Assembly: GCA_039025475.1 (NCBI GenBank)
Contig: JBCCOE010000013.1
Coordinates: 239 to 64,238, forward strand
Length of the DNA: 64,000 nt
Direction: 5' to 3'
Source: Bacteroidota bacterium
Lineage (GTDB): Bacteria > Bacteroidota > Bacteroidia > Cytophagales > Cyclobacteriaceae
Below, piece after piece: positions 38,557 through 48,249 of this stretch. The notes under the pieces are model-generated. The model saw nothing but the letters and a program-made list of their open reading frames with translations, was not told where the DNA came from and ran no database searches. Every line of letters starts with the position of its first letter. Positions within the stretch are counted from its first letter, which is position 1. A program made the position numbers and the translations under genes.

Positions 38557-40321
38557 CTATCTAAACTTTTTTATTGAGGCAAACATTTGTTTACTAGCAC
38601 TTGGTGGATTCTATTTTCTCGTTTTAAATAAGGAAAGAAACTTCGCTTGGAAACGGCTTTACATTTTGTCCATAGTGGTACTTAGTATATTAATTCCGTT
38701 ACTTCAATTTGAAAACCCTTTTGGAAGTCAGGTAAGTCTGCCTGTTGCTAACAATATCCAATCCATGATCTTACCTGAAATTATTATTTCAGCGGAGGGT
38801 AATGTTGCTGAACAGCGCACTTTTGATCTTTCTCGCGGTGAGATAATAGGCTATGTTTATGGATCAGGTATTCTTATACTCGCCACCTTGTTTCTGTATC
38901 AATTGGTTCAGATTTTTAGATTTTACCAGTTAAGAAAAAAGGATAAATCTGTCGAAGGAAGCCATATTTTGATTCCAACACATGGACAACTCCCTACTTT
39001 TTCATTTTTCAATTTGCTTTTTTTCGATAATACACTTGATCTTACCATCGAAGAAAAGGATAAGGTATTGCAGCATGAAAGAGCCCATATTAAACAATGG
39101 CACAGCATTGATATTCTTCTTATTGAAATGGTAAAGGTAATCTTTTGGGTAAATCCAATTATTTGGATGTTACGGAAATCGATACAGAATGTACACGAGT
39201 ACCTAGCAGATGAGAGTATTTTGAAATCGAGCAACAGGACGCAGTACAGCAGTCTTTTAGCTAAAATGGCTGTCAAACAAATGACGTTATCGCTGGGTCA
39301 CCATTTCAACAAGTCGTTAATCTTAAAAAGAATAGAAATTATGAAATCCCCAAGAAAAAAACCCACAGTATGGAAATGGCTTAGTGCCTTGCCCCTGGCT
39401 GGGTTGATGATATTCGCATTCAGTTGTAATGACGAAGTAGTGGAAGATGTGTCTGCAGTCATGGAAACTGCAAAGCAGGTGGAAATTCCTGCACACTTAG
39501 AAGCCAAAGTAGCCGAATTACAGGAAAAATACCCGAATGCAGAGTTTGCCTACTTCGAGACGGCGATGGACAATGAGTCAAAGCTGGATGAACTCAAAGA
39601 CCTCGATCCGTCCAGTATAGCTTTCATTGAAGTAAAGAAAGATCCTGATATGGTGGGTGTATTGGTAAATAAAAATGGGGCTTTAGAAAAAATAGCTAAC
39701 GCCACTACCGATGGTGAGGTTTTTCAAATTGTAGATGAGCCTGCTATGCCGAGCGGAGGATATACGGCTTTCTATGACCACATAAAAACAAACATGTCCT
39801 ACCCTATGCAAGCCAGAGAACTGGGTGTTGAGGGTAAGGTATATGTCCAGTTCATTGTAGATAAGTCGGGATCTGTAACTGAAGTGGAAGTAGTTAGAGG
39901 TATCGGTGCTGGATGTGATGCTGAAGCTGCAAGAGTAGTTAGGCTTCCGTTCGAATGGTCATCTCCCAAGCAGCGAGGGATAGCTGTTAATCAACAAATT
40001 ATTCTTCCGATCACCTTCTCACTCTCAGGTGGCACCACTGCTGGTCATAAAAACACCAATGAAAGGGTTCAATTTGAGCAGCAAGAGTTAGGCGAGGTAA
40101 AAACAATCTCTGGAAAAGTGTTATCCGAGGCGGGAAAGCCTCTGCCTGGTGTAAATATATTTGTGCAAGGTAGTAAGATAGGAACTGTTACCAATCTTGA
40201 TGGAGAATATAAAATAGAAGCGCCCGAAAAATCAACATTGGTTTATTCATTTATTGGGTTTAAAACAACGGCTCATCAGGTTGATTCCGAAAGCGTAATC
40301 AATTTGGTGCTCTCAGAATAA
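38546..40321 (+). CDS. M56 peptidase (BlaR1-like)-TonB C-terminal domain-SusC NTE (CarboxypepD_reg-like) fusion
   Basis: HERAH zinc motif and HEYLAD; YPMQARELGVEGKVYVQFIVDKSG (TonB_C); ISGKVLSEAGKPLPGVNIFVQGSKIGTVTNLDGEY...YSFIGF (NTE). Confidence 0.88.
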   Translation: MMNSYLNFFIEANICLLALGGFYFLVLNKERNFAWKRLYILSIVVLSILIPLLQFENPFGSQVSLPVANNIQSMILPEIIISAEGNVAEQRTFDLSRGEIIGYVYGSGILILATLFLYQLVQIFRFYQLRKKDKSVEGSHILIPTHGQLPTFSFFNLLFFDNTLDLTIEEKDKVLQHERAHIKQWHSIDILLIEMVKVIFWVNPIIWMLRKSIQNVHEYLADESILKSSNRTQYSSLLAKMAVKQMTLSLGHHFNKSLILKRIEIMKSPRKKPTVWKWLSALPLAGLMIFAFSCNDEVVEDVSAVMETAKQVEIPAHLEAKVAELQEKYPNAEFAYFETAMDNESKLDELKDLDPSSIAFIEVKKDPDMVGVLVNKNGALEKIANATTDGEVFQIVDEPAMPSGGYTAFYDHIKTNMSYPMQARELGVEGKVYVQFIVDKSGSVTEVEVVRGIGAGCDAEAARVVRLPFEWSSPKQRGIAVNQQIILPITFSLSGGTTAGHKNTNERVQFEQQELGEVKTISGKVLSEAGKPLPGVNIFVQGSKIGTVTNLDGEYKIEAPEKSTLVYSFIGFKTTAHQVDSESVINLVLSE

Positions 40322-40342
40322 GTTAGGCTAAATTTTATAATT

Positions 40343-40372
40343 AAAAAGCAGCTCAAATGAGCTGCTTTTTTT
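40343..40372 (+). terminator. Intrinsic terminator of the blaI-M56 operon
   Basis: AAAAAGCAGCTC-AAAT-GAGCTGCTTTTT followed by more T. Confidence 0.88.
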
Positions 40373-40410
40373 GTTTGTCGCATTGCGCGGGTATCCCTTT
40401 ATTTGTGACC

Positions 40411-41586
40411 ATGTTCAAACTGAAGTACTTCGTTTATGTACTGGTTTTTGTAGCAGTCGCTTCATCTTGTAAAGTAAGTCAAAGACCGCAAGCTTCAAAT
40501 CAGGTTGATAGCGTTGTCGTTAAATTAGACACGGCTGCTATATTATTTGATTCAACCCTAATTGCCGTCCAGGATTCGGTGGAAATTGAAATCTTCAGGC
40601 TTTTGAAGGACACCATAGCAATAATTGGTGTTGGTGATATTATGATGGGCACCAATTATCCAAACGACAGTTACTTACCCCCTAATTTCGGCGCTGATCT
40701 TTTGCAAGACGTAGAACCCATACTTAAAAATGCAGATGTAACTTTCGGCAATTTGGAGGGTGTGATTTTGAACAAGGGTGGCGACGCCAAATATTGCCGT
40801 AATCCGAAAGTGTGTTACATCTTCAGATCACCGGAATATATGCTAGGCCATCTCAAGCGTGTCGGTTTTGACGTTTTAAGCACAGCAAATAACCACGCAG
40901 GAGACTTCGGCAATCCCGGTAGAAAGAATACGGCACGCGCATTAGATTCATTAGGGTTTTATCATGCCGGCCAGACCACCCATCCCTACTCCACTTTTAT
41001 GATAGACGGCATGAAATATGGCTTTGCTGCCTTTGCACCCAATACCGGTACTATGAGTATTCATGATATTGACAAGGCTAGTGAAATTGTGTCTTTGCTA
41101 GATTCTATTTCTGATGTTGTAATTGTTTCTTTTCATGGAGGCGCTGAAGGCAGTAAGCATCAGCATGTGACCAAAAAGAATGAGATATTTTATGGGGAAA
41201 ATCGAGGAAACGTATATAATTTCTCGCATAAAATGATCGATGCTGGAGCAGATGTAATTTTTGGACATGGACCTCACGTTACTCGGGCAGTTGATATTTA
41301 CAAAAACAGATTTATCATTTACAGTCTGGGGAATTTCTGTACATACGCACGCTTTAATTTAAGAGGCGATAATGGTATCGCACCCATTGTAAAGGTATTC
41401 ACGGATTCCAAAGGGGCATTTATTAAGGCTGTAGTTACTCCTGTTGTACAACGGGCACCGGGAGGACCCAGAATTGACCCCGATGGACGGGTCATCACAA
41501 AATTGCGTGAACTCACCGAAAAAGATTTCCCTGAAGTACAGGTAAAAATTGACGCAACTGGTATAATTACTTATCTTCAAGATTAA
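40411..41586 (+). CDS. CapA-family metallophosphoesterase-like lipoprotein
   Basis: Lipobox ASSC after ATG 40411; GDIM, GNLE, ANNHAGD, FHGGAE, GHGPHV, YSLGNF. Confidence 0.87.
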   Translation: MFKLKYFVYVLVFVAVASSCKVSQRPQASNQVDSVVVKLDTAAILFDSTLIAVQDSVEIEIFRLLKDTIAIIGVGDIMMGTNYPNDSYLPPNFGADLLQDVEPILKNADVTFGNLEGVILNKGGDAKYCRNPKVCYIFRSPEYMLGHLKRVGFDVLSTANNHAGDFGNPGRKNTARALDSLGFYHAGQTTHPYSTFMIDGMKYGFAAFAPNTGTMSIHDIDKASEIVSLLDSISDVVIVSFHGGAEGSKHQHVTKKNEIFYGENRGNVYNFSHKMIDAGADVIFGHGPHVTRAVDIYKNRFIIYSLGNFCTYARFNLRGDNGIAPIVKVFTDSKGAFIKAVVTPVVQRAPGGPRIDPDGRVITKLRELTEKDFPEVQVKIDATGIITYLQD

Positions 41587-41596
41587 TTTGTTTTAA

Positions 41597-41929
41597 ATGC
41601 CGTATAAAGAGAAAGCCATTGAAAAGAAGTATTATGCCATTGGTGAGGTGGCAGATATGTTCAAAGTGGCCACCTCTTTAATACGCTTTTGGGAAAGTGA
41701 ATTCGACATAATCCGACCTAAAAAAAATCGAAAAGGTAACCGTCAATTCACAAAAGAAGACATTGAAAATGTTAAGTTGATCTATCATCTTGTCAAGGAG
41801 AAGGGATTCACACTTCAGGGGGCCAAAGAAATGCTCAAGAAAGATCCCGGAGCAATGAAAGACAAGATGGAACTTATTGATTCTTTAAATAATGTAAGGA
41901 GATTCTTGTTGGAGTTGAGGGATGCTTAA
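41597..41929 (+). CDS. MerR-family HTH transcriptional regulator (short form)
   Basis: YYAIGEVADMF...LIRFWESEF...KNRKGNRQF. Confidence 0.88.
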   Translation: MPYKEKAIEKKYYAIGEVADMFKVATSLIRFWESEFDIIRPKKNRKGNRQFTKEDIENVKLIYHLVKEKGFTLQGAKEMLKKDPGAMKDKMELIDSLNNVRRFLLELRDA

Positions 41930-41938
41930 TCTTCTTTA

Positions 41939-43039
41939 ATGGAAAGCAATCGGATCGCTCAGTTGGCACTCCACTTCGTTCCTAATATTGGTAATTTCTT
42001 AATAAAACAACTAATAAGTTACTGTGGCTCTGCCGAAGGAGTATTTAAAGCCTCAAAAAGTAAGTTGTTAAAAGTACCTGGTATTGGTGAAGTAGCTGCT
42101 AATACCATTCTTAATCAACGACCTGTTGAACGAGCTGAAAATGAACTAAAAAAAGCGGAAAAACAGGGTGTTAGAATTCTTTTCCACTCTGACCAGGATT
42201 ATCCAACTCGCTTAAAGCAAATAAATGATGCCCCCAGCCTTCTTTACGTTAAGGGTTCTGGTAGTTTAGAAAGTCATAAGACCGTTGCTATAGTAGGGAC
42301 TAGAAAAGCTACAGACTACGGCAAATCTTTTACATCTGACATAGTCAAAGCTCTAAAAAATCATGATGCTCTTATTGTCAGCGGCTTAGCTTATGGCATA
42401 GACATCCAGGCCCATAAAGCCGCATTAAAAAATGGTTTAAGTACTATAGGAGTTATGGCAGGTGGAATAAACAAAATATATCCTGCAGCGCACAAGAATG
42501 TCGCCCAAGAGATGCAGGATGGTGGGGCCATTCTGACTGAGCAGGCAATTGATGTTATTCCTGATGCACCTAAGTTTCCAGCTCGAAATAGAATAATAGC
42601 AGGGCTTTGCGACGTGACAATCGTGGTAGAGGCAGCCGTGAAAGGTGGTGCGCTCATCACCGCAAACATTGCCAATGACTATAATCGCGATGTCTTCGCT
42701 GTGCCCGGTGATATCAATCGAGAATACTCTGAAGGATGCAATAATCTCATTAAGCAGAATAAGGCGCATCTTCTCACAAATATTCACGATATTGAATATA
42801 TAATGAATTGGGACTCGGCCGAAAAAGAACCGAAACAATCAGTTTTAAATCTCGAATTATTTAATAATGAAGAACGGTTAGTATTAGAAATACTCAAAAG
42901 TGAAAATGATGGTGTTCATATCGACAAGTTAAGCTGGGCCTCGCAAATATCGGTTAACAGCTTGGCTTCCATTCTTTTAGCCTTGGAATTTCAGGGATAT
43001 ATAAAATCTTTACCTGGCAAGAAGTATAAGATAAGCTAG
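41939..43039 (+). CDS. dprA: DNA-processing protein DprA
   Basis: VAIVGTRKAT, IVSGLAYGIDIQAH, FPARNRIIAG, VEAAVKGGALITA, VFAVPG. Confidence 0.95.
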   Translation: MESNRIAQLALHFVPNIGNFLIKQLISYCGSAEGVFKASKSKLLKVPGIGEVAANTILNQRPVERAENELKKAEKQGVRILFHSDQDYPTRLKQINDAPSLLYVKGSGSLESHKTVAIVGTRKATDYGKSFTSDIVKALKNHDALIVSGLAYGIDIQAHKAALKNGLSTIGVMAGGINKIYPAAHKNVAQEMQDGGAILTEQAIDVIPDAPKFPARNRIIAGLCDVTIVVEAAVKGGALITANIANDYNRDVFAVPGDINREYSEGCNNLIKQNKAHLLTNIHDIEYIMNWDSAEKEPKQSVLNLELFNNEERLVLEILKSENDGVHIDKLSWASQISVNSLASILLALEFQGYIKSLPGKKYKIS

Positions 43040-43644
43040 GCCTTCAAAGAGTCATAGTTCTCGGGAGTGTCTATATCCAAAAGCACACCATCCGATCCTA
43101 CCTCCAACCTTTTCAAATAGCCTGAGTTATCCATAATAATGCTTTTGCACCCTTCCATTTCCTGATGCTCTAGAATATCATTCCTGTAGGAGTTCGAAAA
43201 GATGACAGGGTTACCTTTAGCACCATGATGTGTAGGAGCCAAGATTACTTTCGAATCATTTGCATAGTAGTGTCTAAAGGCTGAAGTGAGGTTTCGATAA
43301 ACTGACGAATCGATTTTTGGCATATCAGCCAAACAAATCATATAACCGGAAGTATCCTCTCCTATGGCGCTAACACCAACCTGAATAGAACTAGTCATGC
43401 CCAACTTATAGTGATAGTTCTCAATAACCCGATAATTTTGATAATCCCTTGAGACAATCTGATTTATATCATGGATAGAGAGTTCGTTGACCACTATGAT
43501 CACCTCATCTACGTCGCTTTTTGAAAGCTGATACAATACTTCCTCCAAAATGGTTCGAGAACCATATTTCAGAAAAAGCTTCTTTCCTCCCGCCATACGC
43601 TGAGAGAGACCCGCAGCAAGAACGATAGCGGAAACTTTAACCAA
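43036..43644 (-). CDS. Molybdenum cofactor cytidylyltransferase-like nucleotidyltransferase (MocA type)
   Basis: AIVLAAGLSQRM, GMTSSI, ICLADMP, GNPVIF, DIDTPENY; TTG start. Confidence 0.8.
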   Translation of the reverse strand: MVKVSAIVLAAGLSQRMAGGKKLFLKYGSRTILEEVLYQLSKSDVDEVIIVVNELSIHDINQIVSRDYQNYRVIENYHYKLGMTSSIQVGVSAIGEDTSGYMICLADMPKIDSSVYRNLTSAFRHYYANDSKVILAPTHHGAKGNPVIFSNSYRNDILEHQEMEGCKSIIMDNSGYLKRLEVGSDGVLLDIDTPENYDSLKA

Positions 43645-44764
43645 AAATGTGATCTTTAATATTGCGATACTCTTTCGGAGTATTCACGTTAGCCAATACC
43701 TTGGGATTATCAAGTTCGACCATACGGATATTGGAATTAACCAAAACCTTTCGGGGACAAGAATATCCAATACCTAAAAAGTAAAGCAGTTGCTGGTAAG
43801 CTCGTGGTTCCCAAATGGTAATCAATGGTTCCGGAAAATTGGTCTCAGGATTATAAAAACATGTAGCCATTTTGGAAATATCCCGATTATCCACCAGTTC
43901 CTGCAAAGTCTGCTCATTAAGCATCGGAACATCGCAGGCTACGGAAAGCCAGGCCGAATTCGGATCTCGTCTGAAGGCTGAAAGTATACCACCGTAGGGG
44001 CCAAGATTAGTGAAAGCATCATCAATAAAAGGGTACGAACTACTAAATTCAATATCACTTCGTTTCGATATAAATACTTCTGAACATAGGCTCGAAAGAA
44101 CATCAGCCATATGCTCTCGCTGTGGCTTACCATGATAATCGATCGCTCCTTTATCATGTCCCATACGCGTACTTTCCCCTCCGGCCAAAACGAGACCATT
44201 TATTGGTGATTTGTCTAATAAAATAGTCGCTTTGAGGATGCTTAAAATAGAGTCAATATCCTTGATACTTAAGACTGGTAAAGTCGAATAATCAGTAATA
44301 GTTTCTTTTACGAAATCAGGAACCTCACTTTCCCCTTCATCCAGCAAAATCATCACCACATGTGTTAAACTATCAAGCTTTGTACTTAATGATTGCCATT
44401 TGTTCTTATTTATAATCACAATTTGCTTTAGAGCGGTAAAATGGTTCCCATTGATCAGAACGACGTCCTGTTCATTGAAAATCCTTTTGTATTGGTAGGT
44501 CAAATCATCACAATAAAACTCAAGTCGGCTATGATCTACTTTATCCGTATACTTTACGTCAAAAGGGCTGTTATAGCCGTGAGCATTGTGATCCATGTCA
44601 AAATACCCGATCCGAAACTCCCTTTTAAGTTCAGTACCTATTCGCAATGATAAATTACGTATGACAGAACAGGGTGCTCCTAATATGCCAAATTCATTTC
44701 GATGAAATTTACCCCCTTTAGGTTTTTGTAAATGCGTGTGCTTTTTATGCTCTTTTAAAGTCAC
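43637..44764 (-). CDS. mobA: Molybdenum cofactor guanylyltransferase MobA with an extra ~185-aa N-terminal domain
   Basis: C-terminal half: GLVLAGGESTRMGHDKG, GPYGGILSA, VACDVP, PEPLITIW, NVNTP; GTG start. Confidence 0.82.
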   Translation of the reverse strand: MTLKEHKKHTHLQKPKGGKFHRNEFGILGAPCSVIRNLSLRIGTELKREFRIGYFDMDHNAHGYNSPFDVKYTDKVDHSRLEFYCDDLTYQYKRIFNEQDVVLINGNHFTALKQIVIINKNKWQSLSTKLDSLTHVVMILLDEGESEVPDFVKETITDYSTLPVLSIKDIDSILSILKATILLDKSPINGLVLAGGESTRMGHDKGAIDYHGKPQREHMADVLSSLCSEVFISKRSDIEFSSSYPFIDDAFTNLGPYGGILSAFRRDPNSAWLSVACDVPMLNEQTLQELVDNRDISKMATCFYNPETNFPEPLITIWEPRAYQQLLYFLGIGYSCPRKVLVNSNIRMVELDNPKVLANVNTPKEYRNIKDHIFG

Positions 44765-45224
44765 TTTTCCCTCCGGTCTTTTCCATTAGCTTAGTTTCTT
44801 TAATGACAATATTGTGGGAGAAGCCCTTGCACATGTCATAAATAGTTAAAGCTGCCACTGACGCTCCTGTCAATGCTTCCATTTCCACCCCGGTCTTTGA
44901 AGTTACCTGAGCCACGCATTCCACTACCACCTGCTTCTGGTCATTTACAATGATGTTTATAGTACATTGATCGAGTCCAATGGGATGACATAAAGGAATT
45001 AGCTCACTGGTCTTTTTAGCCGCCATTACACCGGCAATTATTGCGGTCTGAAACACTGGCCCCTTTTTGGTATGGATCTCGTCATTCTCAAATCTTCGTA
45101 TGATCTCCGTGTCCATTTCCAATATACTCTGGGCCCTGGCAACGCGCTTTGAGGTCGATTTTTGAGAAACATCCACCATAGTCGGATCACCTGAAGCATT
45201 TAGATGGGGAAAATCACTGGCCAT
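44745..45224 (-). CDS. moaC: Cyclic pyranopterin monophosphate synthase
   Basis: PTMVDVSQK, KKGPV, AAKKTSELIPLCHP, KTGVEMEAL, IYDMCK, KTGGKS. Confidence 0.96.
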   Translation of the reverse strand: MASDFPHLNASGDPTMVDVSQKSTSKRVARAQSILEMDTEIIRRFENDEIHTKKGPVFQTAIIAGVMAAKKTSELIPLCHPIGLDQCTINIIVNDQKQVVVECVAQVTSKTGVEMEALTGASVAALTIYDMCKGFSHNIVIKETKLMEKTGGKSDFKRA

Positions 45225-45300
45225 AGTCAAAAATAGCACTTTAGAACGCTACGAAGAAACTTGTCCTAAGAATAGATGCTGTGGGTTACTTTAAGCTTAG

Positions 45301-45564
45301 ATCTTTAAACTAAATAATGAGCGAGCTAAAGTGATCCCTGATTAAATCATCAACCATACTTGATTCAGAGATCGCAGACAAGAGTTCGGTGCCATTGTGG
45401 GCGCCGGGGCAATATTCCTATTAAGCGTTAATCACCTCGTACTTGACGTGAGATATAACTATGAATTCACCGATGTTAATGATCTTTAGGGTGAACCTGA
45501 AGGTTATGAAGTCATTTCAAACAGAAGCATTGCAATAACGCTGGGAATACTGTTTTATCTCTAA
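45301..45564 (+). pseudogene. Remnant of an outer-membrane beta-barrel (PorT-like) gene, 3' part only
   Basis: One frame reads ...VIPD*IINHT*FRDRRQEFGAIVGAGAIFLLSVNHLVLDVRYNYEFTDVNDL*GEPEGYEVISNRSIAITLGILFYL* with internal stops at 45343, 45361 and 45487; no start or signal peptide found. Confidence 0.65.
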
Positions 45565-45584
45565 TCTCTCTAGCCAAGGGCTAT

Positions 45585-48101
45585 CTACTCCCCGGTATCA
45601 AATCCCAGATCCACTTTAAAGAATAGGTTATCTGCTGTTTTACTAAAGGCATAATCACCCATTCTATTAAAAACACCTCCTCCTATGGATAGTCCGGCAA
45701 AACGGAAAATTCTTCGAATTAATAAACCTGATTCAAAGTAATAGTCGTTTAGCGGTGTGAACGTATCGTTCAAATGAGCTTCTGAGCCATCCATTTCACC
45801 ATAAGCCATAGCGCCCACTAAATATATCTGAGGTTTAGAGTACTTGCTGTTAATGGTAAATTGTGTCAGCTTGTGCTGGTAAAAGACGTTAACATATTTG
45901 TCAGCGACAAATTCATTAATGCCCATAGTCCTAAACGTTCTAAAAACGTCAAAATCGATACTACCAGTGCCGCGAATATTGAAAAGTTGAGCTGCCGGTA
46001 TTACTTCGTCCACGTATCCTGCCTCCAAGGATATAGTGGGCTGTCCAAAACTGCGGGTCAGGATTTTTTTCTGGATCATGAACTCGAACTTGTTATAGTC
46101 AAATTCTCCATCCCATAAATCAGACAATCCCCGTGTATAGTTAGCACCAATGTATAAGTTAGACCGTGGTGTCCTGATCAGGTTGCCTAATGCTTCCACA
46201 TAATTCACTCCATGGTTATAGCCCATTTTGAGTGATACTTCAGTAAAATCAAAGGCATTTCTCCCTAAGGGATCGTCCCTGTCTGACGAAAAACGATAAT
46301 CAGTATTCGTATTTACTCTTTCCTGTTTAAGGCTTAATTGCGTATCTAGAAAACGTAACCAATAGAACCTATAACCAAATTCGGTAGTGGTAACGCTATT
46401 CATATTATCGATCAGAAAGTTGTAATACCTCTCGGTTTCTAACGGCACCTGTTTATATTGGTAAAAATCAATCTTCCCAAATTGCTTAATATCCTCCGAG
46501 TAGCTAGCAAAAAAATCCAGTCGATTGTTTTTTAGTATGTGTAGATTAAGATAACCACCAAACTTATCCGCCTTGTCCCGGAAGCCGTAGGCCCAGTACC
46601 CTCCCATCTCAAACCATCTCGAAAACTTTGAAGAGGTACTCAGACCCATACCTGCTCGAAACCCTTCATACCTGTTGATATCAAAAGCACGATTCAGATT
46701 GAGATCTATTTTTCCTAAGGAGATTTTCTTCTCCACTAACCCCGAAGTAACGGCCAGCACTTTTTCTACCTTGTTTTTCTGAAATACCGAGTCAATCAGT
46801 TGGTAAGTTTCTACTTCTTTCGATGTCAGCTGCTCATCTCTATACTTACGCCAAAAATCGTCATCTCGCTTATTGGCGAGTGGATCGTAAGTAATTATGG
46901 TTCGACCGAATTTTTCCACCTCAAAATCAGGAGTTAGGTTAATATTTTTAATGTAACTCTTTCCTATGCCCATTATCGGAAAGGAAGGTGAACCCTTTCT
47001 TACAAACTCTCCAAAAAAGATCTCCAGTTTAAGTTGGTTAGGGAACCAAACTCCTTTGTCCTTAGGCTCATAATGTTGCTGAAGTTTAAAGTTTACGGTA
47101 AGGTAGGTTTCCGTATCGTACGCAGTTCTGTTCTTAGGTTCAAATTGGCTTTCCCCTCTCAAAATCAATTGATGTAATTCAGTAAATCCGCTGGTTTCTG
47201 CACTCACACTTTCCAACGCCATGTCTTCAGCATCTATATGCAATACTCCCTTCAACCCATTAAAAGTACTTTTACGCGGTTCGAAGGTGACTATGTATAT
47301 TTTTCGGTTCCTAACATCATTTATAGAGTCGGTGAGATCAAAGTAGTAATTGTCAAAACTGTTTTTTGATATAGGGTTAAGAAAGTCAATACTCATTATC
47401 GAGATGTAGTCATAAAAAAAGCCAATGTTTTGAAAACTGGAGGCCACAGTAGTAAACTGCGGTGACCTTAGCCCTGAAACCTTATTCCCTAAAATAGTTT
47501 CTGTAATTTTTCCTGGCTTCTTGTAATTCCTTTGTGTCACACTCTCCATCGAAAACATGTAATTATCTTTTACAAAATCCCGCATTTCTACTTCTACAGA
47601 ATCTTCTTCATTGATCTCTGGAATTATATCTGTACCGATCTGGAACTTATTGTAGGATTCAAAGGAGTAGCGATCCATGTTTGAGGGGTTCAGCTTTTTC
47701 TTATTAGCCACCAGCTGACGTATAATGGGATGAGCAGGGTTCTCCCCCGCGAGTATCGTGACATCGTCAAGAACCTTGGTTTCGACTTTCAGCTTTACAT
47801 TCGGATTCTTAATCAAGTCTGCAACAGTTATATCCAGTGTTTGATACCCTACAAATCGAAATGAAATTAGTTGCTCTCCCTCATCCACCGAAAGCTCGTA
47901 TTTTCCATCAATATCCGTAGTAGTACCCGAGTAGGTATCCTTAATAACCACCGCCACAAAGACCAAAGGTTCATTCGTTTTGGTGTCAGTAACCTGTCCC
48001 TTGAGCTTTGCCTGCCCATGGACCAGATTGGAAATTAAAACATAGGATAAAATAAACGTAAGCCGGTGTTTCACTAAGCTCCTTACAGTACACCCCATCA
48101 T
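45585..48101 (-). CDS. CarboxypepD_reg-like + DUF5686-type outer membrane protein
   Basis: Signal peptide; LKGQVTDTKTNEPL...GTTTDIDGKY...FRFVGY; GENPAHPII; YSFESYNK; amphipathic beta C-terminus. Confidence 0.8.
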   Translation of the reverse strand: MMGCTVRSLVKHRLTFILSYVLISNLVHGQAKLKGQVTDTKTNEPLVFVAVVIKDTYSGTTTDIDGKYELSVDEGEQLISFRFVGYQTLDITVADLIKNPNVKLKVETKVLDDVTILAGENPAHPIIRQLVANKKKLNPSNMDRYSFESYNKFQIGTDIIPEINEEDSVEVEMRDFVKDNYMFSMESVTQRNYKKPGKITETILGNKVSGLRSPQFTTVASSFQNIGFFYDYISIMSIDFLNPISKNSFDNYYFDLTDSINDVRNRKIYIVTFEPRKSTFNGLKGVLHIDAEDMALESVSAETSGFTELHQLILRGESQFEPKNRTAYDTETYLTVNFKLQQHYEPKDKGVWFPNQLKLEIFFGEFVRKGSPSFPIMGIGKSYIKNINLTPDFEVEKFGRTIITYDPLANKRDDDFWRKYRDEQLTSKEVETYQLIDSVFQKNKVEKVLAVTSGLVEKKISLGKIDLNLNRAFDINRYEGFRAGMGLSTSSKFSRWFEMGGYWAYGFRDKADKFGGYLNLHILKNNRLDFFASYSEDIKQFGKIDFYQYKQVPLETERYYNFLIDNMNSVTTTEFGYRFYWLRFLDTQLSLKQERVNTNTDYRFSSDRDDPLGRNAFDFTEVSLKMGYNHGVNYVEALGNLIRTPRSNLYIGANYTRGLSDLWDGEFDYNKFEFMIQKKILTRSFGQPTISLEAGYVDEVIPAAQLFNIRGTGSIDFDVFRTFRTMGINEFVADKYVNVFYQHKLTQFTINSKYSKPQIYLVGAMAYGEMDGSEAHLNDTFTPLNDYYFESGLLIRRIFRFAGLSIGGGVFNRMGDYAFSKTADNLFFKVDLGFDTGE

Positions 48102-48249
48102 TAATAATACTTTGATCTTTTCGTAAGTCTAACAGACTAACGAATAAATTACTATTCTCGTGGCTAAGTGCTGACAAAGCTGATAGGCGGTATTTTTAAC
48201 GGATAACGATTACTACATGAGCTTTGCAAGCAGATTGAACACTTTTCGG

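Noticed and set aside
41939-43039. dprA as a marker of a mobile or competence island
   Set aside because: dprA is a widespread chromosomal gene, and no com, integrase or transposase genes are nearby.
45241-45560. Moco riboswitch upstream of moaC
   Set aside because: Only a short GAAATGACTTC word (minus strand, 45508-45518) recalled the motif. I could not build the stems, and the region is better explained as a beta-barrel gene remnant. An Infernal search with the Rfam Moco model would settle it.
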